64,000 nt of DNA from Minisyncoccota bacterium. Its GTDB lineage: Bacteria; Patescibacteriota; Minisyncoccia; Phycocordibacterales; CALRHW01. Positions 1 to 10,014 of this stretch are shown here, in pieces (the stretch's first letter is position 1; each line of letters begins with the position of its first letter). The stretch is taken from assembly GCA_046350795.1 (NCBI GenBank), contig JAXLZT010000002.1, forward strand, positions 24,293 to 88,292. The letters run 5' to 3'. The notes beneath the pieces are model-generated. The model had not been told where the DNA came from. It ran no database searches and was given only the letters and a program-made list of their open reading frames with translations. Position numbers and translations under genes: made by a program.

Positions 1-1404
1 TGTTGCTTATATACGTCTGCCAAAGAAGCTGCACGACGGACCACTTCATCTGCCAGGCGGTTTTTTCGACTGGATCGGCATAATCGATTGATGAGTAGAT
101 TTTTTCAACATGCTCCTTTCGTATCCTGTTTCTTTCCTCGCTTTGCTTTCGATATTTTTCTGGATTTTTCTTCATGTCCTCCATTTGCTCTTGCAGATCA
201 ACGAAGCGGGCATACTCGTTTGGATCGGCAATAGAAACTAAGAAAAGGTTGGCACGGTCCATATAATCATCTGGCAGCCAGAGGCGATACACATCGTACT
301 CATATTCCTCCTCGTATTTGGCTTCCGAGCCGTCGATAAAAATAAACGACTTTATTAAACCTTCTTTTTGAAACTTTCCGATCATGCGGTAAAGCTGGCT
401 TCGATCAACACCGCAATCGTCAAAATCAGAAGCCGCAATATCAACCATGCCATCGGAATACACACCGAGCTTGAACTCGGCGCTGATCTTTTCGAGAACG
501 CATAACTGTTTTTGTTCGGGAGTTTTGGCAGAAGAATTGCTAGACGTAATCGGCTTTCTTGTTTTTCCATCAATGTAATCCTTTAGATTTTTGAGAACGG
601 TAGGAGTGTCGAGGGTAGGTATTCTGACAATAAGCTGGCTGTCCAAATCATGCTCGGTGAGGGAGAGGGTTTCAAGATAATCCTTTTTCGTAGGTATATT
701 ATCCGCACGGACCGAGAACTCTTTACCACCGATTTTCTTTTTCAGCTCGTCGTTTGAAACAGTGATTATCCCGTTTTCTTCCACTCCGATTTTTCCGAGG
801 ATCTTTTTTACTTCATCGAGACTGAAACCTGCACGCTCGTATGCTCCAAACCCGATTTTATTATAGGTAAGACGGTTGATGCCGGTAATCTCTAATTCTT
901 CGAGTGTGATGGTGATTACCTTTTTGAAGCGTTCAAGGTTGCTATCTGACAGTGTGTCGAGCCAGATAAGTTTCGGTGTAATTTTTTGAGTATCAGCAGG
1001 CGCAGATTTTTCTTCAGTCTCAGTGGATACTCCTGCGCTCATAAACTCTGCCAACCCGAGAGTTGTTTTATCGTCTACTTTTCCTTGAGCGGACCACTCA
1101 AAAACTTCATATACTCTGTCGAAGGTTGGTTTTCGTAGTTCAAGCAAATGGCCCGATGGTTTTACCCCAGATACTCGGGCAGTCAGCGTGTCAAACGGAA
1201 AAGGATAGACGTCTTTAGCGACGTCTATTGATCTAGTTACGGTCAGCAATCGTATTGCACGGCGCTGGTCATCAACTGTGGGTTTATTTTCTCCGGTAGT
1301 GTACTCAAAATGGATATGCTCGCTTCGAGCGGTAGACATCTCATCTTTTTTCAGTTCTTGCAGTAGCCACCAGACGTCCTTTTTGAAACGCTCCTCTGTG
1401 TTCA
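1..1404 (-). CDS. hypothetical protein, partial. N-terminus MNTEERFKKDVWWLLQELKKDEM; the 3' end runs off the window, so it is absent from the ORF track.
   Basis: Hand translation of the minus strand from the ATG at 1402-1404 gives an open frame down to position 1 with no stop (over 460 aa). No recognisable motifs. Confidence 0.45.
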
Positions 1405-1508
1405 TCGTAATTGTAATTTAGGCTCACAATCGCATCCTAGCATTTTTTGACTAATAAATTAAGTGTGTTCATTAGGATTTTCAAGCTAATTTTGCTACAC
1501 TTGATCTC

Positions 1509-1640
1509 GTACCCCATAGTGTTTCAATAATCGTGCTACAAGTCCCCGAAAGGACTGTTTCTTCTTACCTGTTATAGGCAAAGAGGGGCAGTCCGAGTTC
1601 CATAACAGGAACCTTTCGGGGTAGCACCATTATGGGGTAC
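1509..1640. other. Long nested inverted repeat of 4 stacked helices with asymmetric internal loops. Candidate structured RNA or regulatory element between the divergent hypothetical gene and Type III mod.
   Basis: Perfect complementarity in four pairs: GTACCCCATA (1510-1519) with TATGGGGTAC (1631-1640); GTGCTAC (1533-1539) with GTAGCAC (1621-1627); CCCCGAAAGG (1544-1553) with CCTTTCGGGG (1611-1620); CCTGTTAT (1568-1575) with ATAACAGG (1602-1609). 14-nt bulges occur only on the left arm. Confidence 0.4.
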
Positions 1641-1704
1641 AAGCTCGGCTGTCCCTTTTTGCCGTTTCTATACAACTAGGCGACCGAGAACATAGCTGTA
1701 CCCT

Positions 1705-3441
1705 ATGTCTCAAACAGAAAAAGAGCTACACGCTCAAATCGCGGATTTACAATCCGAGATCAAAAAATTAAAGAACCGCAAAAAATACGGACTCGTTTGG
1801 GAAGACAAACCCGAGGATGTCGTTTTGCAGTGCCAAGAGAACATTCCAATTCTCAAAGAAGTTAAAACCAGAAAATTAGTTTCTGATAATTCGCTCCCGA
1901 CCAACATCTTGATCGAAGGAGACAATTACCACTCTCTTTCTGTTTTGAACTATACCCATCGCGGCGCAGTCGATGTTATTTACGCTGATCCGCCATACAA
2001 TACTGGATCGACTGACTGGCGATACAACAACGATTACGTCGATAAGACCGATAGCTTTCGGCACAGCAAGTGGATCTCTTTTATGGAAAAGAGATTGCGC
2101 CTTGCAAAAAATCTCCTGAAAGAAGACGGGATTATTTGCGTTACGATTGACGATTACGAAGTCTCAAGACTTATTCTTTTGATGGAAGAGATTTTCGGTG
2201 AGTTTAACCACCTTGGAACTGTACCAATCAGAAACAATCCAGCTGGACGTTCAACGACGAAAGGAATATCGATTACTCACGAATATGCAGTCTTTTTTGG
2301 AAAAACAGATAAGGCATTTGTATCACGTTTGGACCGTAATCAGTCGCAGCGAGATCGATATGATGAAGCCGACGACAAAGGCACTTTTGAGTGGGTCAAT
2401 TTTCGCAAGCCAGGCAGTATGCGAGAAGAGTCACCTAAAATGTATTACCCGATTTTTGTAACTTCTCATTCTATCCGGCTTCCAAAATTAGTTTGGAATG
2501 AGGATGAGAGCGATTACAAATTATTAGAAAAGCCCAAAAAAGGAGAGGAAATAATTTACCCGATTGATGAGGATGGAAAACAAAGACGATGGCGCTGGGG
2601 TATTGAAAGGTTTGTAAAAGAGCAAGAGGATTTAATGCCTCGAATATCTAAGGGTAAACTCCACGTCTATGTAAAAGGCCGAATGAATGACGAAGGAGTG
2701 CTCCCAATGACATGGTGGGATAAAAAAGAGTATTCATCTACCGCGTACGGAACGAACTTACTCAAAGACATTTTTGCCGAACTTCAAGTATTTTCTTATC
2801 CAAAATCTCTATATGCCGTGATGGATAGCATCCGAGTTATGAGTGATAAGCGAGACGCTGTTATTCTTGATTTTTTTGCTGGATCTGGAACAACCGGTCA
2901 TGCAGCTTTGGAATTGAACAAACTAGATGGGGGTAAAAGAAAGTTCATACTTTGTACCAATAATGAAAACAAGATTTGTGAAGAAGTAACTTACGAAAGA
3001 ATTAAACGAGTCGCCAAGGGATATAAAAACAGAAAGGGAGAAAAAGTCGAAGGACTCGGCGGTAATTTATCTTATTTCAAAACTGACCTCGTCAGTGTTG
3101 ATAGACTGCGCCGTATTTCAGATGAGTCCAAAATCAAAGTTACGTACCAAGCTGGTGAGATGATTGCTCTGCGCGAGGATACTCTAAGCGAAATTGAGAG
3201 GAATGAGTGGTGGCAGATTTTTGAGGGCAATGGAAAACTGACGGCCATTTACTTCACAGAAAATAAAACAAAACTTAAAGAACTTCTAAAATTATTAGAG
3301 AAGAAAGATAAACCAGCGACGCTCTACATATTCGGCTGGGGTAAAAACGAATACAAGAACGATTATTCGACTCACAAGATCCGTGTCGAGGATATTCCTG
3401 AGCCAATTCTTGAAGTTTATAAAGAAATTAACCGCATATAA
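1705..3441 (+). CDS. mod: Type III restriction-modification system methyltransferase (Mod), N6-adenine/N4-cytosine class
   Basis: Catalytic DPPY motif (VIYADPPYNTGS), an AdoMet-binding FxGxG-like motif (DFFAGSGTTGHAA), and length typical of Mod. Confidence 0.85.
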   Translation: MSQTEKELHAQIADLQSEIKKLKNRKKYGLVWEDKPEDVVLQCQENIPILKEVKTRKLVSDNSLPTNILIEGDNYHSLSVLNYTHRGAVDVIYADPPYNTGSTDWRYNNDYVDKTDSFRHSKWISFMEKRLRLAKNLLKEDGIICVTIDDYEVSRLILLMEEIFGEFNHLGTVPIRNNPAGRSTTKGISITHEYAVFFGKTDKAFVSRLDRNQSQRDRYDEADDKGTFEWVNFRKPGSMREESPKMYYPIFVTSHSIRLPKLVWNEDESDYKLLEKPKKGEEIIYPIDEDGKQRRWRWGIERFVKEQEDLMPRISKGKLHVYVKGRMNDEGVLPMTWWDKKEYSSTAYGTNLLKDIFAELQVFSYPKSLYAVMDSIRVMSDKRDAVILDFFAGSGTTGHAALELNKLDGGKRKFILCTNNENKICEEVTYERIKRVAKGYKNRKGEKVEGLGGNLSYFKTDLVSVDRLRRISDESKIKVTYQAGEMIALREDTLSEIERNEWWQIFEGNGKLTAIYFTENKTKLKELLKLLEKKDKPATLYIFGWGKNEYKNDYSTHKIRVEDIPEPILEVYKEINRI

Positions 3442-3443
3442 TT

Positions 3444-5747
3444 ATGTTCGCGCTCAAACCATTTCAAGAAAATGCCATCTCTCAGCTCAAGGAAAAGTTC
3501 CTAACGCTTTGGAAACTTGGCGATCACAATCTCAACCTGACATTCAAATCACCTACTGGTTCCGGTAAGACCATTATGATGGCGCAGTTCCTTCGAGACA
3601 TCGTATCGGACCCGCGATTTCAAAATGCGGATGTTGGATTTCTTTGGATTACAAACTCCGACTCGCTTGCCATGCAGTCAAAGGATAAACTTTTTTCATA
3701 CTATGGCGGCGCTAGTGAAAACCCTCTGCTCGATCTTAACGATTTGAGCGATGGCTGTATTCCAAAGAGCGGGGTATTTTTTATAAACTGGCAGAAGCTC
3801 GTATCTCGTGCTCAGACGAACCGTAAACTTCGTACCGAGGGAGAACTAAATGTAACATTCGATCAATACCTAAACGCAACTCACGAAAAAGGCCGCGAAG
3901 TTATTTTGATTATCGACGAGGAGCATATTGCTTCATCGACCGTGCTGGCGAGCGATCTGATACAAAATGTCATCAAGCCGCGAATAATTATTGGTGTTTC
4001 CGCTACGCCTCAAACGAAAGGAGTAACCGTGGAAGTAGCGCGTACAGATGTGGTTCGGGAGGGACTCATCAAAGAGAAAACTGTTTTTCAAACCGAGGAA
4101 GATCTGCAAAGAAAAGAGTTCGCGGGAATGGACCAAGACGACATCCTATTGACCCTGGCCTTCGATAAACGCACGGAGCTTGCAGGATACTATAAAGCTC
4201 TCGGTATCGACATCAATCCGCTTATCCTCATTCAGCTCCCAAATGACGATAAGGCAACGAAAGGATCGACTGGTACGACTAAACAAGAGTTGATTATATC
4301 CTTCTTGAAATCAAAAGGTGTATTTGAGCACGAAATTGCCGTATGGCTCTCAGAAGACAAGATCAACCTGGACGATGTCGAGAAGAACAATTCGCCGATC
4401 TCTTTTTTGCTTTTCAAACAAGCGGCTGCGACCGGATGGGACTGCCCGCGTGCGAGCGTTCTGGTTATGTTTCGTGAGATCAAAAATCCAACATTTGCTA
4501 TTCAAACCGTGGGACGTATTCTCCGTATGCCGCTCGGTACACACTTTCCAAGACCAGAACTAAACCTTGGCTACCTATATACCAATTACAAGCGAAATGA
4601 AGTTATTACTGGTTATGCTCGATCTGCGGAAAATCGTCCTGCTATCTACGGAAGCTACCGAAAACAATCCGTTGAACCAATTATGATCGACTCTGTGTTT
4701 ATGAGCCGTACTGACTACAACGATCTTGGCGACAGTTTTCAAGATGTTTTCAAAAAGGTTGCTGATAAGTATTTTTCTATCACAGAAAAAGACAGTGAAA
4801 AGGCAATCCAGAAAAGTTTTGTAACAACCGGTTTCGACACTGAGTCTTCAGTCACAAATGGTCTTATTACAGGAGTAGAAATTGATGACTACGATAATTT
4901 CAAGCAGGAGCTTTTGTCGGAAGGAGGAAGCCACGAGCAAGAAATATCCCAGTATGATCTTGAGCGGCTCTATAACTTGCTTTGTTTCAACATTGTCGCA
5001 AAGCAGACTGACGAGAATAAAAAGTTTGCCCCTGAGCGTTCATGGGGAAAGCTGAAAACGGCGCTCAATGTATGGCTCCTCGGTCATTTGAACGCGTCGC
5101 GCTCCAAGGTCTACTCTATGATCGTGGGTGATCTTATAAAGTCCACAAGCGTACTCGCGCCTCTTATTGGTAAGGCGCTGGAAGCGTATCGTCCAATCCG
5201 CGAGCAGGAAGTAAACCGCAAGTCTGAACGCGCCAAGCGTACTGAAAAAATTGAAATCCCTCGCCAGAGTATTTTTTATACCGATCAGTACGAAGAGATG
5301 GACGTTAAAAAGTCTGCAATGGCTCCATTCTATATTGAGAAGGACTACAAGGGAGAGGATAATGAAAAAGAGTTCATCAAGTTCATGGAGGAGAGCAAGA
5401 GTGTTATCTGGTGGTACAAGAACGGCGATGCTGGCAGCGAGTTTTTCTCCATCTCGTATTTCAATCCCGACGAGAACAAGGAAAAACTCTTTTATCCCGA
5501 TTGGATCGTAAAGACGAAGGATAAAACCTGGATCATTGATACCAAGAAAGGTGCAACCGCAGAACTCGCTGACACGGCCTATAAAGCCGAAGCGCTCCAA
5601 GAATGGCTCAAAGGAAAGAAGGGGCTGGCAGGTGGAATTGCAGTGCAGGACGGACCGAATGGATGGAAGACAAACTCAAATACCAAATACTCTTACTCGC
5701 CAACATTTAAGGGCTGGGTATCTCTCGCAGACGAGTTGAAAAGTTAG
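3444..5747 (+). CDS. res: Type III restriction enzyme Res subunit (SF2 helicase-nuclease)
   Basis: Walker A motif SPTGSGKT, a DEAH-like box (IIDEEH), a start immediately after mod (coupled), and size consistent with Res. Confidence 0.8.
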   Translation: MFALKPFQENAISQLKEKFLTLWKLGDHNLNLTFKSPTGSGKTIMMAQFLRDIVSDPRFQNADVGFLWITNSDSLAMQSKDKLFSYYGGASENPLLDLNDLSDGCIPKSGVFFINWQKLVSRAQTNRKLRTEGELNVTFDQYLNATHEKGREVILIIDEEHIASSTVLASDLIQNVIKPRIIIGVSATPQTKGVTVEVARTDVVREGLIKEKTVFQTEEDLQRKEFAGMDQDDILLTLAFDKRTELAGYYKALGIDINPLILIQLPNDDKATKGSTGTTKQELIISFLKSKGVFEHEIAVWLSEDKINLDDVEKNNSPISFLLFKQAAATGWDCPRASVLVMFREIKNPTFAIQTVGRILRMPLGTHFPRPELNLGYLYTNYKRNEVITGYARSAENRPAIYGSYRKQSVEPIMIDSVFMSRTDYNDLGDSFQDVFKKVADKYFSITEKDSEKAIQKSFVTTGFDTESSVTNGLITGVEIDDYDNFKQELLSEGGSHEQEISQYDLERLYNLLCFNIVAKQTDENKKFAPERSWGKLKTALNVWLLGHLNASRSKVYSMIVGDLIKSTSVLAPLIGKALEAYRPIREQEVNRKSERAKRTEKIEIPRQSIFYTDQYEEMDVKKSAMAPFYIEKDYKGEDNEKEFIKFMEESKSVIWWYKNGDAGSEFFSISYFNPDENKEKLFYPDWIVKTKDKTWIIDTKKGATAELADTAYKAEALQEWLKGKKGLAGGIAVQDGPNGWKTNSNTKYSYSPTFKGWVSLADELKS

Positions 5748-5802
5748 TTGCTATTAGTAGCTCGAAAGTAAACTAAAATCAAAGATAGTTTCTATCTGAT
5801 GT

Positions 5803-7038
5803 TTAGTGGTCGTGCATCGGTATTGTCTCATTGCCGACAGGAGAAAAGATGTCCGGATTTGGATCGCCGGTAACATCAAGCACAGCCCATGCGCCTTTGT
5901 TCATACGAGCAAGTGCGTGATCGACAAGAAGATACTTGCCTGGCACGTTGAGCGTAAACTCCACAATACTTGAACCGCCTGGAAGTACGGCCGTCGTCTG
6001 TACATTTTTTTCTATTGTTCCTCCGATGTTTCCTTCGGGATAGACGGTGTCAAAAACCTCGCCAATGACATGGAAGGAGGAAATGAGATTGACACCGCCG
6101 TTGCCAACATAGATGCGGATCTTATCGCCGACTTTGGCATGCATACGCGGAGCACTCTCAATCTTACCGTTGAACGTGACGTACGTCGGATTTCCGTCAA
6201 GCAACTTATCAGAGTCAAAAGCCACCAATCCTTTTTTGCCGAGCTGACCGACGGTGTAGAGTTCGCCTTGAACGATATAAAACTCTTTATCTACTTTTGG
6301 CAGTCCTCCTTTAGGCTCAACGAGAATGAGTCCATACTGGCCGTGCGAGTTGTGGGTTGATACATTCGGCATGGCGCAGTGATAGATATACAGGCCTGGG
6401 TTGAGCGCTTTCCATCGGAAAGTTTTTGTTTCGCCTGGCAGAACTTCAGTAAGCGATGCGCCGCCGCCTTGACCCGTTACTGCGTGGAGATCAATGTTGT
6501 GATGGTGGAGACTGGTCGGATCATTCGTGAGCGAAAGTTCTATCGTATCTCCCTCGCGTACGCGGAGCATCGGTCCTGGCGTCTGACCGTTATACGTCCA
6601 GTAGTTGTAGTAAATGCCAGGGGCGATTTGCGAGATTACTTCCTTCACATCGAGGTGTATTCGCACAATGCCGTCAGCATCTGGTTTCTGTGGTTCGGCT
6701 GGAACAGCATTCGGATCTGCGCCAATATCTGCTACGCGCTCAAACTTATTTTCATACAAAAAGAAATCGAGGATTTTATTGAAAGGAATTGATGCTGGTA
6801 CGCCGCCTGGCGCGTGTGAATGCATAAATGCAGGCATGGCAAATGTCGGGGGATAGGTGCGGTTAGCCAGGAGTCCAGAGAAAAATGCGATCACGAAAAG
6901 ACAGAGTGGGATAAGAACCGCTTTATGCTTAAAAAAACGCATGAAGTGCGTGCGTTTCTGGAGCTGATACAAAATAAAAATGACTGCGATTGCGCCGATC
7001 ACTGCTGATAGCAATTCGAGAAGCATGTATGTAAGCAT
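5803..7038 (-). CDS. Membrane-anchored two-domain multicopper oxidase, copper nitrite reductase (NirK)-like
   Basis: HHHNIDLHAVTG resembles the NirK HNxDFHAATG type1/type2 Cu ligand motif. YIYHCAMPNVSTHNSHGQYG resembles the NirK HC...H...M segment with Gln in place of the axial Met. Two N-terminal TM helices. Confidence 0.6.
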   Translation of the reverse strand: MLTYMLLELLSAVIGAIAVIFILYQLQKRTHFMRFFKHKAVLIPLCLFVIAFFSGLLANRTYPPTFAMPAFMHSHAPGGVPASIPFNKILDFFLYENKFERVADIGADPNAVPAEPQKPDADGIVRIHLDVKEVISQIAPGIYYNYWTYNGQTPGPMLRVREGDTIELSLTNDPTSLHHHNIDLHAVTGQGGGASLTEVLPGETKTFRWKALNPGLYIYHCAMPNVSTHNSHGQYGLILVEPKGGLPKVDKEFYIVQGELYTVGQLGKKGLVAFDSDKLLDGNPTYVTFNGKIESAPRMHAKVGDKIRIYVGNGGVNLISSFHVIGEVFDTVYPEGNIGGTIEKNVQTTAVLPGGSSIVEFTLNVPGKYLLVDHALARMNKGAWAVLDVTGDPNPDIFSPVGNETIPMHDH

Positions 7039-7191
7039 AATTTTATTTTATCACTAATAATTTTTTTCCACACTTGCTCTCCGCATCGCCGCGGGAGTAT
7101 ACTGATATTCCAACTAGTTGCAAAGTTTCGCAACTATGAAATTAGTATACTCCAGGCGTTTGTCGGACGCAATAGGGGGAGGAAATGATTT

Positions 7192-7737
7192 ATGAATAAT
7201 TATGTAAAAAATTGGTTCAAGTTTGTGCTCGGGTTTATTGTGTGTTTGCTTATACGCCTCATTCAATTTCGTCCCCCGAATATCGAGCCGATTATGGCGA
7301 CTGCTCTGCCTTTCGGACGCGCCTACGGTAAAGGAGCGGGGTTTCTCTTTCCCTTTGCAAGCATGGTCCTCTTTGATCTTGTAGTCGGCAAAGTAGGCGT
7401 ATGGACCCTTATCACTGCGCTTGCCTACGGCTTTGTGGGGCTTGGCGCAGCCATCTATCTCCAGAGCAAGAAGAATACTGCCTGGAACTATGCAAAGTTT
7501 GCCATCATTTCGACGCTCTTTTTTGACGCCGTTACTGGCCTGACAGTCGGACCGCTATTCTTCGGCCAGTCACTTACTGCCGCTTTCTTCGGCCAGATCC
7601 CGTTTACCACTCTGCATCTCCTCGGCAACGTATCGTTTGCCCTCGTCCTTTCTCCTGCCCTTTATGCTTTTGTTATTGAAAATAAGCGCCTCGAATTGCC
7701 GAACCTTTTTATCAACCTTAATCCAAAACACGCATGA
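7192..7737 (+). CDS. Small polytopic membrane protein, possibly an ECF-type substrate-capture (S) component (cobalamin-related by context)
   Basis: 181 aa, about 5-6 hydrophobic helices and a GGAGG SD. Lies directly upstream of and overlapping nrdJ. Function is inferred from context only. Confidence 0.35.
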   Translation: MNNYVKNWFKFVLGFIVCLLIRLIQFRPPNIEPIMATALPFGRAYGKGAGFLFPFASMVLFDLVVGKVGVWTLITALAYGFVGLGAAIYLQSKKNTAWNYAKFAIISTLFFDAVTGLTVGPLFFGQSLTAAFFGQIPFTTLHLLGNVSFALVLSPALYAFVIENKRLELPNLFINLNPKHA

Positions 7738-10010
7738 AAAAATTACAAGAAGAAAAAATCGTCAGCATACAAAAGCGCGACGGCTCAATCGTTCCCTTTG
7801 ATGCTTCGCACATTACTCGCGCTATCTTCCGAGCGCTTTCGGCAACCGGCGAAGGCGGAGAACCGGAGGCCGAGCGCGTTACGGCCGCAGTAATGAAATC
7901 GCTTTTTGCGCTCAAGAAAGAACGCAAGGCTAAATACTCGGTCCCGCATGTGGAGACGATTCAGGATGTCGTCGAGAACGAACTCATTGCTGCGCGTTTC
8001 GGACAGACGGCAAAGGCATACATTCTTTACCGCAAAGAGCGTGAGCGTTCACGTAAAGAGCACGGGGCGGTTTCGGAGAAGGTAAAGAAGCTCGTCGCCG
8101 AGAGCAAGAAGTATTTTCGTAATCCGCTTGCCGAGTTCGTGTACTACCGCACGTATGCGAAATGGATCAGCGAGGAAGGTCGCCGCGAAACATGGATTGA
8201 AACGGTAGACCGTTACGTCAATTTTATGAAAGAAAATCTCGGCTCGGGCTTTACAGAAAAAGAATACGAAGAAGTGCGCGAGGCCATTCTCAAACAGGAA
8301 GCTATGCCGTCTATGCGCCTCCTTCAGTTCGCAGGCAAAGCAGCCCGCAAGCAGAACGTCTGCGCATATAACTGCTCCTTTATCGCTCCTCGCTCATTCC
8401 AGGATTTTGCCGAGATTATGTACATCTCCATGTGCGGTACGGGAGTCGGTTTTTCCGTTGAGAGCGAAAACGTCCAGGCATTGCCGCAGATCCAAAAGCA
8501 GACAGGCAAAAAGCTACCTACTCACATCATTGCTGACAGTCGTGAAGGATGGGCAGATGCGCTCGCGCTCGGCATGAAGACATGGTACGAAGGCAGTGAT
8601 ATTGATTTTGATTTTTCTCAAATACGTCCTGCCGGTTCGCGTCTCAAAACAATGGGTGGTAAGAGTTCTGGTCCCGACCCGCTTCGCTCTTTGCTTGGCT
8701 TTGCTCGAGAACGCATCCTGCGACGACAAGGTAGACGGCTCTCAAACATCGACGCGCACGACATTATCTGCAAGATCGGCGAGTGTGTAGTCGCTGGCGG
8801 AGTCCGCCGTTCAGCTATGATCTCGCTTTCCGATCTCGACGATGAAGCGCTCCGCGATGCCAAGAAAGGCCAATTTTATTTCACCGAAGGCCAGCGTATG
8901 CTTGCCAACAATTCTGCCGTCTATCTCGCAAAGCCGGATACCCAGACGTTCCTCGACGAGTGGACCGCGCTCGTAAAATCCGGTTCCGGCGAACGAGGCA
9001 TTTTCAACCGAGGCGGACTCGCGCAAACACTTCCGAAGCGCCGTCTCGATCAGTGGGAGGATGGGGCGTATCCCTCTTTCGGAACCAATCCGTGCGGCGA
9101 GATTATTCTTCAGTCAAAGCAATTCTGTAACCTTTCGGAAGTTGTTGTACGTGCAGACGACACAGAAGAAACGTTGCTCAAAAAAGTACGAGTGGCAGCA
9201 ATGCTTGGTACATACCAGTCCTCCCTTACATACTTCCCATACCTCTCCCGCGAGTGGAAGAAAAACTGCGAAGGTGAACGTCTACTCGGCGTTTCTATTA
9301 CCGGCCAGTGGGATTGCCCGCTCGTGCGTGATCCAGAGATGCTTGAAAAAATGAAAGCAGTGGCAATCGAGACGAACAAAAAGTTTGCCAAGCGCCTCTC
9401 TGTGAGCCAGTCTACCTGCATCACGTGCGTAAAACCTTCCGGCACTGTCTCCCAGACTGTGGACTGTGCTTCCGGCATGCATCCGCGCCATGCGCCGTAT
9501 TACATCCGCCGCATCCGCATTTCCGCCACTGATGCGCTTTTCAAAATGCTCAAAGATCAGGGAGTGCCGTACTTTCCCGAAGTCGGCCAGACTCTTGAAA
9601 ATGCCACTACATTCGTACTTGAGTTTCCGGTCAAAGCGCCGGACGGTGCGCTCTGCAAGGACGACGTTTCTGCACTTGGCCAGCTCGAACATTGGAAGAT
9701 CGTAAAGAAACACTACACCGAGCACAATCCGTCCGTTACGATTTCTGTCGGCGATGATGAATGGATCGCCGTTGCAAATTGGATCTATGAAAACTGGGAT
9801 CTTGTCGGCGGCCTCTCGTTCCTTCCTCGATCTAATCACGTCTATCAGCTTGCGCCGTACGAAACTATCAACAAGGAGCGCTACGAAGAACTCTTGAAGC
9901 ATGTTGAGAACCTCGATTTCTCGAAAATTGTTACGTACGAAACGGTCGATGAGACAGAAGTTAAAAACGAACTCGCATGTGTGGCAGGTGTGTGCGAGAT
10001 AGCACTTTAA
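7734..10010 (+). CDS. nrdJ: Class II (adenosylcobalamin-dependent) ribonucleotide reductase with N-terminal ATP-cone
   Basis: ATP-cone-like N-terminus (VSIQKRDGSIVPFDASHITRAI), the NPCGEI active-site motif, and 758 aa. Confidence 0.8.
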   Translation: MKKLQEEKIVSIQKRDGSIVPFDASHITRAIFRALSATGEGGEPEAERVTAAVMKSLFALKKERKAKYSVPHVETIQDVVENELIAARFGQTAKAYILYRKERERSRKEHGAVSEKVKKLVAESKKYFRNPLAEFVYYRTYAKWISEEGRRETWIETVDRYVNFMKENLGSGFTEKEYEEVREAILKQEAMPSMRLLQFAGKAARKQNVCAYNCSFIAPRSFQDFAEIMYISMCGTGVGFSVESENVQALPQIQKQTGKKLPTHIIADSREGWADALALGMKTWYEGSDIDFDFSQIRPAGSRLKTMGGKSSGPDPLRSLLGFARERILRRQGRRLSNIDAHDIICKIGECVVAGGVRRSAMISLSDLDDEALRDAKKGQFYFTEGQRMLANNSAVYLAKPDTQTFLDEWTALVKSGSGERGIFNRGGLAQTLPKRRLDQWEDGAYPSFGTNPCGEIILQSKQFCNLSEVVVRADDTEETLLKKVRVAAMLGTYQSSLTYFPYLSREWKKNCEGERLLGVSITGQWDCPLVRDPEMLEKMKAVAIETNKKFAKRLSVSQSTCITCVKPSGTVSQTVDCASGMHPRHAPYYIRRIRISATDALFKMLKDQGVPYFPEVGQTLENATTFVLEFPVKAPDGALCKDDVSALGQLEHWKIVKKHYTEHNPSVTISVGDDEWIAVANWIYENWDLVGGLSFLPRSNHVYQLAPYETINKERYEELLKHVENLDFSKIVTYETVDETEVKNELACVAGVCEIAL

Positions 10011-10014
10011 TCAT

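Noticed and set aside
1631-1660. Similarity of GGGGTACAAGCTCGGCTG (first palindrome) to the GGGTACGG...GCTCGGCT core of the 31.9 kb / 43.5 kb repeat family
   Set aside because: Only two short words are shared. The overall architectures differ, so this is probably coincidental.
1705-3441. Phase-variable simple sequence repeats in the Type III mod gene
   Set aside because: I found no homopolymer or short tandem repeat tracts of meaningful length in or upstream of mod.
5040-5600. 186-aa minus-strand ORF
   Set aside because: It lies entirely inside the res gene, which has clear helicase motifs, so it is an antisense artefact.
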